DNA of 63,766 bases, filler included, from Conidiobolus incongruus B7586 (GCA_000697335.1; 15 parts of 15 records of this genome joined end to end with filler, not necessarily neighbours in it), one strand, 5' to 3'; numbered from the whole stretch's first letter, positions 27,513 to 41,591 are shown. Program-made: numbers and translations. The notes: a model not told the origin generated them from the sequence alone.

Positions 27513-27522
27513 GTGACATCAC
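27513..27522. promoter_or_regulatory. CRE-like bZIP site GTGACATCAC upstream of carbonic anhydrase
   Basis: One mismatch from palindromic GTGACGTCAC, about 300 bp upstream of the first ATG. Confidence 0.3.
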
Positions 27523-30122
27523 CTCTATATACCAGCAAAATTATAATTTTCAATATGAACACCATCAATATAACCATCACAGAATACATTCCTAAGATAT
27601 CAGAGAGATATTTCAAAATGAGGCACCTAGGAGTGATATTATCCACTTAACCTGCTAAATGTAAATATTTTATATATTTTAAAGCAGTTGAAAAACAGCT
27701 ATTTCCTCTAATATGTTATGAATCAAATTATAAAATGATCTTACTATCATCACTTTTATTATTTAAAATCTACAGATAAATACTTCAAATATTAACAGAT
27801 TCACTAATGTAATAATCAGTCATAATACTTCTGATCACAGCAATAGCAGCACTTGTGAGAATTTTTTCCACAGTCCATTAATCAAACAAATAAATATGTG
27901 ATTTGATTACCAAATTTGTAACACAAACCGAGTTATATAAAAAGTTACACTTTTATAAATGGGGTGAACAGGTGTATCCCAAATTGTTCAATATTATATT
28001 TTTTTAATTTTGTTTATTTTACATCAATATAAATTTTTGACCTAATTGTTAGTGATATAAATATAGCTTTCAAAGTCATCATTAACTAAAGTCTATAGAT
28101 AAATTTGAATAATATAATAAACCATATATTAAAGAAAATACGTTAAAAATATGATGTATTAAAATGTGTATATTTTTAAATTAAACTATTTTTTATCCAA
28201 TAATAAAACAATATTTAACAATGAATAAATAAATAAAATTCATTCACATAATTCATTTTAATATTTAGGCATATTAGCAATATTATAAAAAATATTAAAT
28301 TTTTAAAATTTTATCATAAAATAATTAATGTCAATATATACCATATATTTCTGTTATCCTAACTAATATTTGGAATTATCCCAAAGTTTGGTTATAATTT
28401 TTCCAATATTAGAATTTCAATCATCTGTCAAATGGATTATGTTATATATAGATTTTTTTTAATCCACATGAATATTATTCTTTGAATTGATGTTGATTTA
28501 GTTATCAAGTCAGATGAATTTGGTAAGTATACTTGCAATTGTGCTATCATTTTAAAGGTATATGTATATTGAATTTTTATTAAATCAATAAATGAAAAAT
28601 TGTTATGTAAATTTGACAAAATAGCAAGATATTAGAAATATATGATTTCGTTTATTTTGGATACATTATAATGATATTTTGATAACCTTAATATCAACAT
28701 GTTTTCATTCAGTTATTTATAAACAGCATCATTTCGTCAAATTAATTAATAAATATATTATATTTTAATATATATTGAATATAAGATAAATATATATGAT
28801 GAAATCCACTTTAATAATCACAACCTTTATTTAATAAAATTGAAAAAAATCTCTTCTTTTTCTATTAGTTTGATGTGATAATATACTGATATTATTTTTA
28901 TAGAAATGATTATGTTTTAGCAATAAATTTGTAATATAAAATAAATTCAAAATAAAATAAATATAAATTTAATAAAAGCGCACAAAATCATTCTAATGAT
29001 GTTAATTTATAATCTATAATAACCAAATTTATTATGTAAATTTGGTAAATACATTAATATATTATAAAAATTTAATAGCAAAACACAAATAATCATCTAT
29101 TACTCTGCATATATCATGCTATTAGTTTTAAATTGGGAATTTATATTATTAAGATGTATTTAATCAATCACTTAACAGGAATACGATTAATAGGCAAATA
29201 TTATCAATTTATTAATTGATATATCTTAAAATATATAATCATTTCTTTGATAAAATTTTATCAACAAATATTGAAATATTTCAACTAATTTAATAGTAGA
29301 TCATTTCCTAATGAAAAGATTTTTGAAAAAAATATATATCGGGTGATTTTATTATTATTTTAAATAGAAATTGATAGTCATTAAATTTAGTATTTAAACC
29401 AATTAACAATCAATGTAATATATTTATTTTTAAATATTAGTATTCAACTCAGAGTATGATTAATCTGTTTGCTCACATCAATACAATACATCGTCCTTAT
29501 CAGCCCAGAGTATGTGTCCTGATTGGAAAGCATCTATTTATAACATACAATCATCAGTTAACAAATTGGGTCCAGATATTAAGAAGTTACTGTTTAATGG
29601 ATTATACTATCAATTTAAGTAAATTATTAACTGCATTACAGTTATATAAATTATATAAACTTCAATTTATGGACTTGAAATTACTTCAATATAATGGTTT
29701 ATTTAATAATATTATGTTCAAAAATTAATAAAACTCTTGTAAATATTGTTACTTTATATTACTTTATTTTTTCAGTTTAATTTTCATATATTATATATTG
29801 ATAATGATAATATAGTCAAATTATAACCTAAGTCATATATTATTAAATACAGTCAAAACTGTTTATTTGAATATTATTTCAATTTGATGATTGGCTAGCT
29901 ATCTAAATAATATTCGAATAAATTACCTACTTGAATAAAAATCAGATAGTCGAAAATTCAATAAAGACTATATAAATAATGGGTTGCAAATACTTCCATA
30001 TTATACCAATAACTTTATATATNNNNNNNNNNNNNNNNNNNNNNNNNNNNNNNNNNNNNNNNNNNNTTAATTAATTAANNNNNNNNNNNNNNNNNNNNNN
30101 NNNNNNNNNNNNNNNNNNNNNN

Positions 30123-30250
30123 CAAAAAGTTATTAATAATAAAAAAACTATTAAATTTATATTATATTGTTATTTTTGTTTATTATATATCAAAATGTTT
30201 ATTTATTTTTAATTGCAAAAAATTCTTATTATTTACAATATAAAGTAATA
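30123..30250 (+). mobile_element. Mariner 3' end with TIR
   Basis: CAAAAAGTTATTAATAATAAA (QKVI..) and ATTGCAAAAAATTCTTATTATTTACAATATAAAGTAATA match 51611-51739. Confidence 0.7.
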
Positions 30251-30460
30251 AATAAATTTTAATAATTATTATCTAATTTAAATTTAATTAAATTAACAAA
30301 TTAACTTTTTAATAAATAAAATCATTATCTATCAATATATATAATTTAAAACTATTTATTTTCTTATTTATTTTGTATGAAATTTTTTTCTAAAAATTAA
30401 TAATATATTTGAAAAATCAGAAATTAAAAAATTTTGCATTACTTGGATTTTGAGGGAATA
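30251..30460 (-). mobile_element. Mariner 5' end, inverted; abuts the previous copy (nested)
   Basis: TAATATATTTGAAAAATCAGAAATTAAAAAATTT matches 46113-46147 and is similar to the window end near 63742-63766. Confidence 0.7.
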
Positions 30461-32432
30461 TTTAATAATAATATATTAATATATATTTTCCATTTATTAT
30501 TTCTTTACTATTATTTATTTAACAATCATATCATGATATAGTGATAATTTTTTTATTAAGAGTAAACGATTCACTCACAACATTCATCATTTAGTAACAT
30601 AATTGTATAAGTCCCAAATCAAAAAGGAATAGCAATAGTAATACCATTATGATGATTCTTAACTCAGATAATGGTAATTCTTTTATAAACATTAAAATGG
30701 TTTAGGTAAAACCATGATAAAACGTACTATTTCAAGGTAATGTAATTTTAAACAATAAAGACTGCTTTCAAGAACTTTATGACAATTTGATAGTATATTT
30801 CATTAACTACATAATTCAAAGAATGACCATATATTTTTCATAATTTATGATAATTGGTATATGACCGAAAAAGGGTTCATTTGTAATTTGATATTTTTGA
30901 TGATCTTCGAAATTAAGGTATCTCAATTATTCAAATAGTAAATTATAAATTTAATTAATAGTTCTAATGGCATTGTAATTCAGTATATATTTAAATTGTG
31001 ATTTAAGTAATATCATCAGCAAGAAATAATCTAATACTATAAATATTAACCATGATCGATGGTTTTTCATATGAGTCTATAATATTCTCTTTATTTTGTA
31101 TTATTTAATATTTTGAAACAAAATGTGGACGAAACATAAATTTCCTAATGATATCATTAAAAGTAATATGAATATTTTTAGGATAGTGAAATTATAGATA
31201 TTCAATGGCTTTGAATATCAAAATTGATCAGTTATATTATATATATGTTAAAATATTAAACATACAAATTTGAAATGGAGTTTTCAAATTAGCAATAAAA
31301 TCAATTAAAATTTGAAATATTAATTGATAAGGAACGATATCAAATAGAATGTTATTATAAATAAATGCATTAAAAAAACGAGTAAAAAATTATATGAGTG
31401 AGAGGTAACCTTTATTTTTGTTAATCACTTAATTAATATATTTCCCAAACTGGTATCCAAGGTTAGAAGCCATAGTCACACAAAATTACAGTTTATTTCC
31501 AATTTCAGATTTAATAATAGAAAAATCTAGTGTTCATTTTTTATTAATTTAATTGTTATATAACGGATCATATATTCCTTTAAATATATATTTAATTAAG
31601 TTTAATGTTTTAAACATGTTAAATATAACCAAAATGATCTATATTACAAAATTCTAATTTTTATTAAATTTGATCGATTCAAATATAATTAGATAAATTA
31701 GAATTCATAAATATTGGATATATCATACATGATTCAGTAATTTTAAATTCATATATTATAACTAATTAAATTTATGAAAAATATAACAAATATGCTTAAT
31801 ACATCGATTATAAGCTAGACTAAAAGTTCTATCGAATTTCTCTTGAGTAATTAATGTGGGATAGATTGTTTGGGTTCAATATACTTTACCAAGTAATAAT
31901 ATCATTTAGAGCAAATTCTCTTAATTTAGATGAATTTAATTCAACTACACAATTTAACTGAAAAAAGCTCACTTAAATAAAACCATATTTTTCTCCTTTA
32001 TCATTCAATGAATCTTAGTCATATAAGTTAAAATTGCAAATGATAAATTTAATCTGTATAGTAGGATATTTGATTTAATTAATTTGATTTACGTGTTTAC
32101 CATTTACAATAAAATCGGTATATTTGATATTAATAATCAAAGGATTTATTCAAGTTTTTTTTTCAGTCATAATGTTGGGGTGAGAATAATAGATAATACC
32201 TTGATAATAAAAATATCATCTATTTTTCAACATGATTTAATATTTACTTTTCTGATTATATAATCTCCTATTTGCTAAATAGAGTAATTACTTTAATCCT
32301 TTTATATTCTACCAACACAGTCTATAAATGTGTTACTTATTTATAAAAATGAAGAATTTGATAAGATTTGAGATGTGGTGTTGTTTGAAAAAAATAATAG
32401 ATAAGAATTTAATGTGGATATATTCATCAGTT

Positions 32433-32645
32433 TGATTGGCTGGTTATGCCAAAGAAGATATGATGTAATAATGAGGGAGGATGATGTGAAAAGGCGTTGA
32501 TTGGCTAGAGAGAAATTTCAAATTCAAATTGAATTCAACTGAAAAAAATGGGAGACAGTGATTGGCTTAAAACAATTTGATTGGTGATAAGTGAGAATTT
32601 GAATTGATTCAATCAAATTTATAAATAGAGAATACATCTGATTGG
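32433..32645 (-). promoter_or_regulatory. Cluster of five inverted CCAAT boxes (TGATTGG) upstream of MCM1
   Basis: TGATTGG at 32433, 32498, 32559, 32578 and 32639, all in the same orientation. Confidence 0.65.
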
Positions 32646-32885
32646 TTGAAATAATTTTGATAGCATTCAGCTTTCTATTTTGAATGAACCCATAAATTAC
32701 TAATTAGGGAACTGATTTGATATCCTCTAACACTCTTTGGTACAATTACCTAAATTGTCTGACTTTTCTACTTTGGTACAAATCTTAACCAACTCAAACC
32801 CCACTTCCATATTAATTTATAATATTAGACATTTCTTAAAAGGTCGAATCCATACTAGGAAGTCATACTAATTATAAACCTGAAG

Positions 32886-33049
32886 GTAAGTATTATTAAT
32901 TGCTTATCCTTGGATTCTGCTCGGCGTCGCTACATTGATATCGACAAGATATCATACACCTTGTATGCTATAACACGCACGCTTAAACTATGTCCAAAAC
33001 TTCCCTTAATGACTGCCTAATAATATATTGACGTATCCTTCAATTTTAG
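32886..33049 (+). other. Predicted 5'UTR intron of MCM1 (164 nt)
   Basis: AAG|GTAAGT donor; TTTTAG acceptor 7 nt before the ATG; candidate branch sites CTAAT/TTGAC. Confidence 0.65.
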
Positions 33050-33056
33050 TTTCAAA

Positions 33057-34088
33057 ATGAGCAACCATCCTTCCGAAATGCACAATGCTGGCTATCCCAA
33101 TATGGGTGAATCTTTTAGCGGTATGGGAACGTTAAATGTTTCCGGAAACAATGCCGCTGGCTCTCCTCCTAAAGGTCACGAATCTGACGGTGGCGATAAC
33201 TCAGATGAAGGAAATGATAAACGCTCAGGAAGAAGAAAGATTAAGATCGAATACATTCCTGATAAGAGTAGACGCCACATTACTTTCAGTAAAAGAAAAG
33301 CCGGTATTATGAAAAAGGTTAGTTCCTTTTTCATTTTCAATTAGATTTCACATAACTTACGTCATTTCTTTCTGTATTAGGCTTATGAATTGAGTACTTT
33401 AACAGGCACACAAGTATTATTACTCGTAGTTTCTGAAACTGGTCTTGTTTACACATTCACAACCCCTAAGTTACAACCCTTAGTTACCAAGCCTGAAGGC
33501 AAAAATCTTATTCAAGCTTGCTTAAACTCTCCCGATCCAGTTAATGAAGAAACTCAAGCTGAAGTAAGCTAACTCTATTTTTTTCAAACAAAGTCCTCAC
33601 CCTAACAGTATAACTAGAACGAACCTGAGCCCGAGCCAAGTTCTGTACCTCCTCACCCTTCCCATCCTGAGTCCAGCTATTATGATGATGAGAAGCAGCA
33701 AGTAAATTTACCTGATAGTCGTTATTTATTTAAATAACTAATTGCATTTATGATATAGCTTAATGCTGCCAATCCTCCCCCTAAGAGTCATATTCCCAGT
33801 AATCCACCCTCTTCTGCTCCTAACATGAGTTACCCCCCTAATCCCAACAACCCTTATGGTCAACACTATGGTGTTCCCAACAGTATGCCCAACTACTCTA
33901 ACTTCCCTCCCAACAGTGTTCCTCAAGCATATCCCCAAAATCCCCACAACCCTCACAACCCCCATAATCCACACAATCCCAGCAACCCTCCCTACTCAAA
34001 TCCCCCACCTTACTGGAATGGAAGCAACGCTCAGCCACCGACTCACGACCTCAAAGCTTCCCAGCCCAATCAATCTTACCATAAATAA
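33057..34088 (+). CDS. MCM1: SRF-type MADS-box transcription factor Mcm1, 285 aa; exons 33057-33317, 33381-33563, 33618-33701, 33759-34088
   Basis: Spliced protein reads GRRKIKIEYIPDKSRRHITFSKRKAGIMKK/AYELSTLTGTQVLLLVVSETGLVYTFTTPKLQPLVTKPEGKNLIQACLN, near-canonical Mcm1. Three phase-0 GT-AG introns (63, 54, 57 nt) keep the frame. Confidence 0.96.
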
Positions 34089-36539
34089 GTTTCAATCCAC
34101 CAACTGATTGGTAAGGTGAGTTTCAAAAGATTTTGGTTCAGAGGCCCCCTGACGATCTATCATTTAAAATTTTAAAGTATTTGTTATTATATCACTAATG
34201 CAAGATTGATGACTATTTCTTGTGATTTTCATATCTTACTCACCGTCATTATTTCTTATTCATGAACAATATCTATACAAGGATTAAATTATATTTTATA
34301 TATCATCTTATTATTTTCAATATTATTAAAAATACTTTTTATAAAATTATAATTCACATATTTAGTTTGTATTTTATTGAATTATTCATTTTCTTTAAAT
34401 TTTGTATACCAATTACTCATTACGTCTGAATATATCTATTACAACCAACCCTATTTTACTCATCATCAACATCATCTTTTTATATAGTTTTGATAATTAA
34501 TATTGCCTGATATTTCGAGTTGATTTCAATTTTTTTAAGATAAGTATTGAACTCAATTAGACTCCTTGTAATTTTGGATATTACTTTATTTAGGTAAATA
34601 TTTCTAAATAGTACACGAGCATTTATCTCGTTTCATTAAGAAATATAAAGCATATTCAATTAATAATTTCCTCATCAATGTGACGATTTATCCAAATGAG
34701 TGATATTATTTTAGTAAAATGATCAAGTCAACAATAGTATCTTTTGTTTAACAATCAATTAGTTTCCTAATTTATTATTGACATATTATCAAAGATTCAT
34801 TTATAAATATCATAGTAAAAATATGTCATAATGTTTACAATTATATTTTGAGAATTGGACATGTAAACTGGAAAACTATATTCAACATTGTAATATAAAC
34901 TTAGCAATGTTATTTATTTCAAAAGGTAATAATTAAAGCATTTAATTTATCGGAATAAATAATATAATCACATAATATTGTGTTTTGTTTGTTAATTAAG
35001 ATCATAATCATTGAATATTTTTACTTCAGCATATCTGTAAACTGCAATATTCTGACCTAATCTTATCCACTCTAGCTCTGATAATAAATTACCAATCTTT
35101 CTAAACAAATTCCACAATTATTATGCGAGGTAATATGTGTAATTAGATATAAGTAAGCTAATCATTCCAATTTATGTCAGTACAAATTAAAACGCCTATT
35201 TATTTATATTCAAATTTGTTAAAACTTGACAATTTTTAATGAAAAATAAATTAATTTAATTACTATTAATAAATATTTTGTTCATTTCAATAAATTTTTG
35301 ATAAAATTAGAATATCATTTGTATATAATAAAAAATTTATAAATATAAAAAGGTAATGAATTTTAAAGTTTAATTTCATACTTTTTTATCAAAAAAACTC
35401 ATAATATCAAAGCTATATTTTTTAATCTAATTATTATAATATATATTTTAATAAAAAATAAATGGTCATTATTCCAATTTTGATATTTTAGTTATGTATT
35501 AAAAATTTATATTCTAGTTAATAATATGATATTATACAAAAAAACTTGAATTTGATTTTTGAAATATATGAAATCTTATTGATATATTAAACCATATTAT
35601 CTATTAAATAATAAAATTTATCAAATCATTTTAATACTAAGTCTGATATAGTTATATAAGCTCATATTATTACAAATAGATAAATACAAAAAAATCTAAT
35701 TCATAATAATATTAACTTAAATTTTATTATTATATTGTTATTCAAATAGTGTCAAAATTTAAAATATATTAAAAATCCAGAATAATAAAACTTAACACAT
35801 TTAATATATTTTTAATCATATGAAATTCAACTATAACAATAATAAAAAATCATAAAAAATAAAAATAACTATTATAAAACTTTAAACACTTTAAATTTTA
35901 TAATATTATTTTTAAAAATATATAATTATATAGTTAATTAAAATATTAAAGTTTTATAAAGTTAATATTTTTTTTATCTAATCATTTTAATATTTAAAAA
36001 CTACTATGTTATAAATTTTAATATTTATTTAAAATATGATAANNNNNNNNNNNNNNNNNNNNNNNNNNNNNNNNNNNNNNNNNNNNTTAATTAATTAANN
36101 NNNNNNNNNNNNNNNNNNNNNNNNNNNNNNNNNNNNNNNNNNTTTTATATATTAAATATTAATTTTTGGATAAATTAATTGATATCTAAATATTAATAAG
36201 ATTTAAGCTAATATTTTATTTTATTATATAAAAAATGATATAATAATTATATATAAAATGATAATAGGAAAAATAAAGTTAAAATATATAAATTTTTTGA
36301 ATATAATTTCAAATAATACATAAAATTATAATTATGGTACTATACTATTATTATTAATATTAAATATAATAAAACTATCCATATTTTGCTCAAAATAATA
36401 TTTTTAGGTTATAATTTAAATAATCAATAATAAATAATAGTTAAGAAATCAATCAAAATATTTCAGCTTTAATTTTCATAAATTTAAAAACATAATAACT
36501 AATTGAAAAAAAATATATATTATAACTGACTTAATATTA

Positions 36540-37100
36540 AATTATATTATTATAAAATAACTTTATTTTTTTATTTATATAGATTTTAATGACTAATTAT
36601 TAAGTTTAAAAACAATATCAAGTCTTAATTTTATATGCAAATACTCTATTTTAATATAATAGTTCATATTATAAAAGTTCATATACGGTGAGTATTATGG
36701 ATAAGCTAATAATAATCAATTTCGTTCTAAATTCATAACTTTGAAAATATTTATGATATAAATGATAATTTCTTTATAAATAGTTATTTTGGTGTTATTT
36801 ATTCCTATTATGATATTTAAATATATGATATTAAAGAATAATTTTATAATATAATTAATTATAATAATTAACTAATATAATATATTTTCTAATTTTCACT
36901 ATACCAAAAAAAATAAATAGATTTATTTTAAATAATATATGCTTTGTATTTTTGTTAAAAGTAATATTTTATTAAATTAAAAAATATTTGGGCTATTAAA
37001 TAAGAAATTAATATTCAAGGCTATTATATATTTAATATATGATTTTATCATAAAAGACTTTATAGGTAATATAATACTATAAATTATTATTTACTATTTT
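36540..37100 (+). mobile_element. Possible highly degenerate LTR-retrotransposon integrase relic
   Basis: Ordered weak motifs across frameshifts: YIDF, ICKYS, NNQFRSKF, L*YN and KYLG resemble integrase core to GPF order after G>A/C>T reversal. Confidence 0.25.
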
Positions 37101-38199
37101 AATATTATTATCTACTTAATTTATTTTTTAATATATATATATATATATATTGTAATTTAATTTTGAATTAAATTTTAAATTTTCAGTTTAGTTAATAAAT
37201 TAGAAAAAAAATATTGATTTTAATACGTATAGTAAAATATATTATACGAAATTAATAAACTTATTTCATTTGTATTTTTTTTATTGGTTTTAATTTAATA
37301 AGGCTAGAATAAGGAAAGTAACCTATATCAAATCTTCTAGCTTGGAAAAGATCAAAATACTTTAAACTACGATGTTTAAGATACCCCTTGCCGCCAGTTA
37401 TTATATGGAGATTATTTTGAATAGTTAATATAAGTTGCTGTTTATAGTATAATTGCTTGATAAATACCTTCTGCTAAATCCAGGAAAAATTAAAATTTCA
37501 CAATTGTTAGTAATATTAGTTTTTGTCGAAATTTATATAAATAGTTATATTATTAATAAAAAATATTACAGGTTAATAAATTATTAATCAAAACTAGAAA
37601 AAATGAATAATATTATAGTTAAGTAAGTATAACTATTAAATAATATTTGATTTTAATTTTTGAAATGAGAATATTAATGATTGGATATATAAATACTATT
37701 ATCATATCTGTCCATTAATACTACCAATAAATATAAATCTGGTGTTTTTATATCTTGCATAATAAAATAAAAGCTAAGGAGGTAATAAATATCTAATATT
37801 AATATATTTATAAAAGTAATTAAAATTATTTTAATGAAATAAAATTGAAGTATAAATGATTTAACAATATATAATAATTATTAATTAAAAAATTAATTAA
37901 AATTTAAGATTTTAATAACTCTAATATTAGCTTTGTATAAAATTATAATTATTTTAAATAATTATAAACTAATATATCAAGTTAGAAAAAATTAACATTA
38001 TCTATCTCTATAGTTATATTAATAGTAAAATAAAATATAATTTTCAATTATTTTTAAAACTTTTAATCAANNNNNNNNNNNNNNNNNNNNNNNNNNNNNN
38101 NNNNNNNNNNNNNNTTAATTAATTAANNNNNNNNNNNNNNNNNNNNNNNNNNNNNNNNNNNNNNNNNNNNATATATATATATATATTGAAATTATATAT

Positions 38200-38302
38200 T
38201 TTCTTATATATTTTATATATAAATAATCTTTCAAAACTTATAACATGTTTAAAAGATCAAAAATTAAAAAATTTGCCATTTTTTAATTTCTATACTAAAA
38301 TA
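38200..38302 (-). mobile_element. Mariner 5' end with TIR
   Basis: ATCAAAAATTAAAAAATTTGCCATTTTTTAATTTCTATACTAA is the reverse complement of the 50483-50530 terminus and matches the TIR at 394-425. Confidence 0.65.
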
Positions 38303-40391
38303 ATAATATTAATATCTATATATATTATTTATATCAATAAATTCACAAATTGAATATTATTAATAAGTTCTAAATTTACTCAAACTCTAAAAATTCACTA
38401 TTGAGTACATTGATTAAATAATAAAAGGGTGTCACCACAAAATATTAGATTATGATATATGACAACTTATATTATCATTGATAAAATTATATAATTACAA
38501 TTGATTCAATCAAAAAACTAATTTTTAATTTTTTGCTATTTTATTTATAATGGATTTAAATCCACAATAAGTAAAATGGCTAAGACAAGTATATTTGTGT
38601 ATGTTACAATTTGATAACCAATATAAAATTGATTTGACAGCAAACTAGAAATAAAATATATAGCTTATTATAACTAAGCTAAATAATTAAACTATTAGAT
38701 CTGCTAATAATTTTTTAATATTCCACAACCAATATAATATGATATCAGATGTAACCAATTATTCATAGTTTAAATTTTTTTTATTTTCAGGTTGATAAAT
38801 TGGAATTGGGATATCCAAGTTGATTTAATATGTAAAATTACATTGCCAAATCTAATACAATTATCATTATCCAATTATTTATATAAAAGATAAATTTTTA
38901 TATCAATGACTAAGCTTTAAACTACTATTTTCTCATCTATATATAAAAAGTTATTTTTAAATTTGAATAAAGTTGAAATTACGTTCAAAATTTCGGGAAA
39001 TTTTGTATAAAATGAACACAATTTTAATCAATATCTGGAAATTTTATTATTATATTTTAAACAATATTGGATTATTATTTAAAACACAATATCAAATGTG
39101 AAATATTCGAGTTAAAAGGTTGCAATATTTAGAACTTTCATAATGACTAGAAGTATATAATTGTTTTATAGATTAATTTTAATAAATAATAAATGATCGT
39201 GCAGTTAATATTTAAATAGGTGATTTAAACATCCAAAATATATAATATATACTCCAATATATAAGGAATTTAAGACTCAATATTTTCTGGATTCTTGATA
39301 AATACAATTATACTTGTAATTTACCATAATGCTTGGGTAATTCACAATCCTAAATATATTTGTTTATTCAATTAAATTCCAAAATTAGGATTTATAATTT
39401 TTTTAAAATTCGAATTAACTCTGCATCTCCAATCAATTATTAAGAGTTCATCTTATTGCTCGAATAAATTCATCAACTATTAGATTATTTGGAAATTATA
39501 ATGACGTGATATATAATTAAAAGCTGAAAATGATGACTTAAAAGGTGACAGAAATTGGCAAATCCCAAGTATATTTACCAAATTAACAATTTATAGGTTT
39601 CAAAATTTAAGATTAATACATTCATGATAAATTTATGCGAATAAAAAAGTATTTAACAAATTTTCCACTTATGCTTAAGAGACCGAAATTTTGAACAGAT
39701 ATAGATTTAACAATTTTAAACCAATCAAATCAATAGATAAGTGGTAAAAATTATGGGTACTTGGAATAGTTGACCAATGATTGGCGAGGAGTTCAAATCC
39801 CTAAACAATCCGTTAAAATCAAATAGTGTAACCCAAAATTTGTTGCAAAATTTATTGAGTATTACCCGTTTAATTAAATGATTATTTGACCAGGTGCCAA
39901 TTGTTTAATTTATGTTATTAATAATTGATAATTTTATTACTTGTATTATATTATATCATACTTTTACTATATATAATTACTATTAATATATACATGTTAA
40001 TAAATTATTATTCAAAATAATAAATGAAAAAATCAGTTTATATTTTCTTCATATTTCTCATCCAATGAAATCATCGCAAAGAGTATTAGGCTAAGGGAAT
40101 GTTAATTAAGGGTAAAATTCTTCCAAATTCACTCAATTCATATATTTCAGTTGAACTATGAACTCGTAAGTTCTCCATCTTTACTATTCCTTAATAAGGG
40201 AAAGTTATGATCTTCGTCCAATGAGAGTTAATAATCTATATAATTAACAGTTAAACATTTGGAACCTTTAATATAAATATCAATACTTGCCATTTCTTTT
40301 TCATTTTTTATTATAATGTTTTTAAAATTGTAAATATTAACCTTTTTGAATTATTTAATTATTTTGTCAATAAGTTGAATTTAGCTATTCA

Positions 40392-41591
40392 ATGACTCAT
40401 TTAAAAACTAATAATAACCTTAATAATAAAGTTGATGAAACAACTCCCTTAAAGGATGAGCAAAGTGCGTTTATTCATAACCATGTTTTTATTCATAAAC
40501 ATTTAGGTAATTTTTATAATTAATATTAATTTCAATTAATTAACCAAAATTCAGAAATTTCATTTTTTATTTTATGTTTGTTGACTATACTATCCATATT
40601 TCAAGTACCTTTCGCTCTACTATTTACTAAGCTATCCCACCAAGTTGGCGATACACCTTACTTCACTAAGGGGTTCAATGACATTTTCCGTACAGCATTT
40701 TGGTTTTTATGCTTTATTTTTATGCGTACTTTTTTTACAACCAAAGTTTTATTACCCATTGGTGTACATTATGGAATTCCTAAATTTTCTAACCTCATGT
40801 CGAAATTCCAACAACAATCTCTACTTATGGTTTATTATTCAATTTCTTGGACTATTGGCATGGTAAACAATATACTCTATAATATTTACTTAACTAAACT
40901 CAACCTAATTGAAATAGATTCTACTGAAACAATCACCATACGGTTTTGACTTTAGACAACTGTGGGGCAGTTTTCCATATATTGAACTTCCCAAGTCTTT
41001 CAAGGAGTATTATCTCGCCCAACTTGGTTTTTGGCTTAGCGAGTTTTACTTTGTTCATGTCGAACCCAAGCGTAAGGACCATTTGAATATGCTCGTTCAC
41101 CATATTATCACTCTCAGCTTGATCATTTTCAGTTATTTGGGCAACTACACTCCTTTCGGCCATGTAATTCTAGTAATGATGGATTTACCTGACGTTTTAT
41201 TAACAGTAATTACATTTAATTAACGATAATTTATAAGAAATTAATATTTTTAAATTAGAGTGCCAAAGTAATGAACTATATCAAATTCCAAAAACTAACC
41301 GATATTTTATTTGTACTATTTACAATTGTATGGCTCCTACTCCGACATTTCGCCTTCATCTATCTCCTGTATGTGATCGCGTATGCCCCCCTCACCCTGA
41401 GCCCGCCTATGGAATGGAATCCCGACAAAGGTCTCTATTACACCACATCTGTCATCGCCCTCTTCCTTAGTCTCCTCTCAGGCCTCCAAATACTTATGAT
41501 CATCTGGTTCTTTATGATCTGCAAAGTGATCGCAAAGGTTTTAAGTGGTTCGAAACCCGAAGATATTCGATCTGACGACGAAGAGGAATAA
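40392..41591 (+). CDS. LAG1: Ceramide synthase (Lag1/Lac1, TLC domain), 347 aa; exons 40392-40506, 40555-40862, 40918-41205, 41259-41591
   Basis: Exon 3, missed by the ORF track, encodes the Lag1p motif RKDHLNMLVHHIITLSLIIFSY...MDLPD. Acidic C-terminus EDIRSDDEEE. Three GT-AG introns (48, 55, 53 nt) give one open frame. Lag1 versus Lac1/BarA orthology unresolved. Confidence 0.93.

Noticed and set aside
29456..29728. 90-aa ORF and an overlapping ~50-codon open frame in a mildly GC-elevated patch
   Set aside because: No recognisable motif or gene structure; could be a relic exon but cannot be supported.
34111..34204. Possible 3'UTR intron after MCM1 (GTAAGG/GTGAGT donors, CTAAT..AAG)
   Set aside because: Signals are ambiguous without transcript data.
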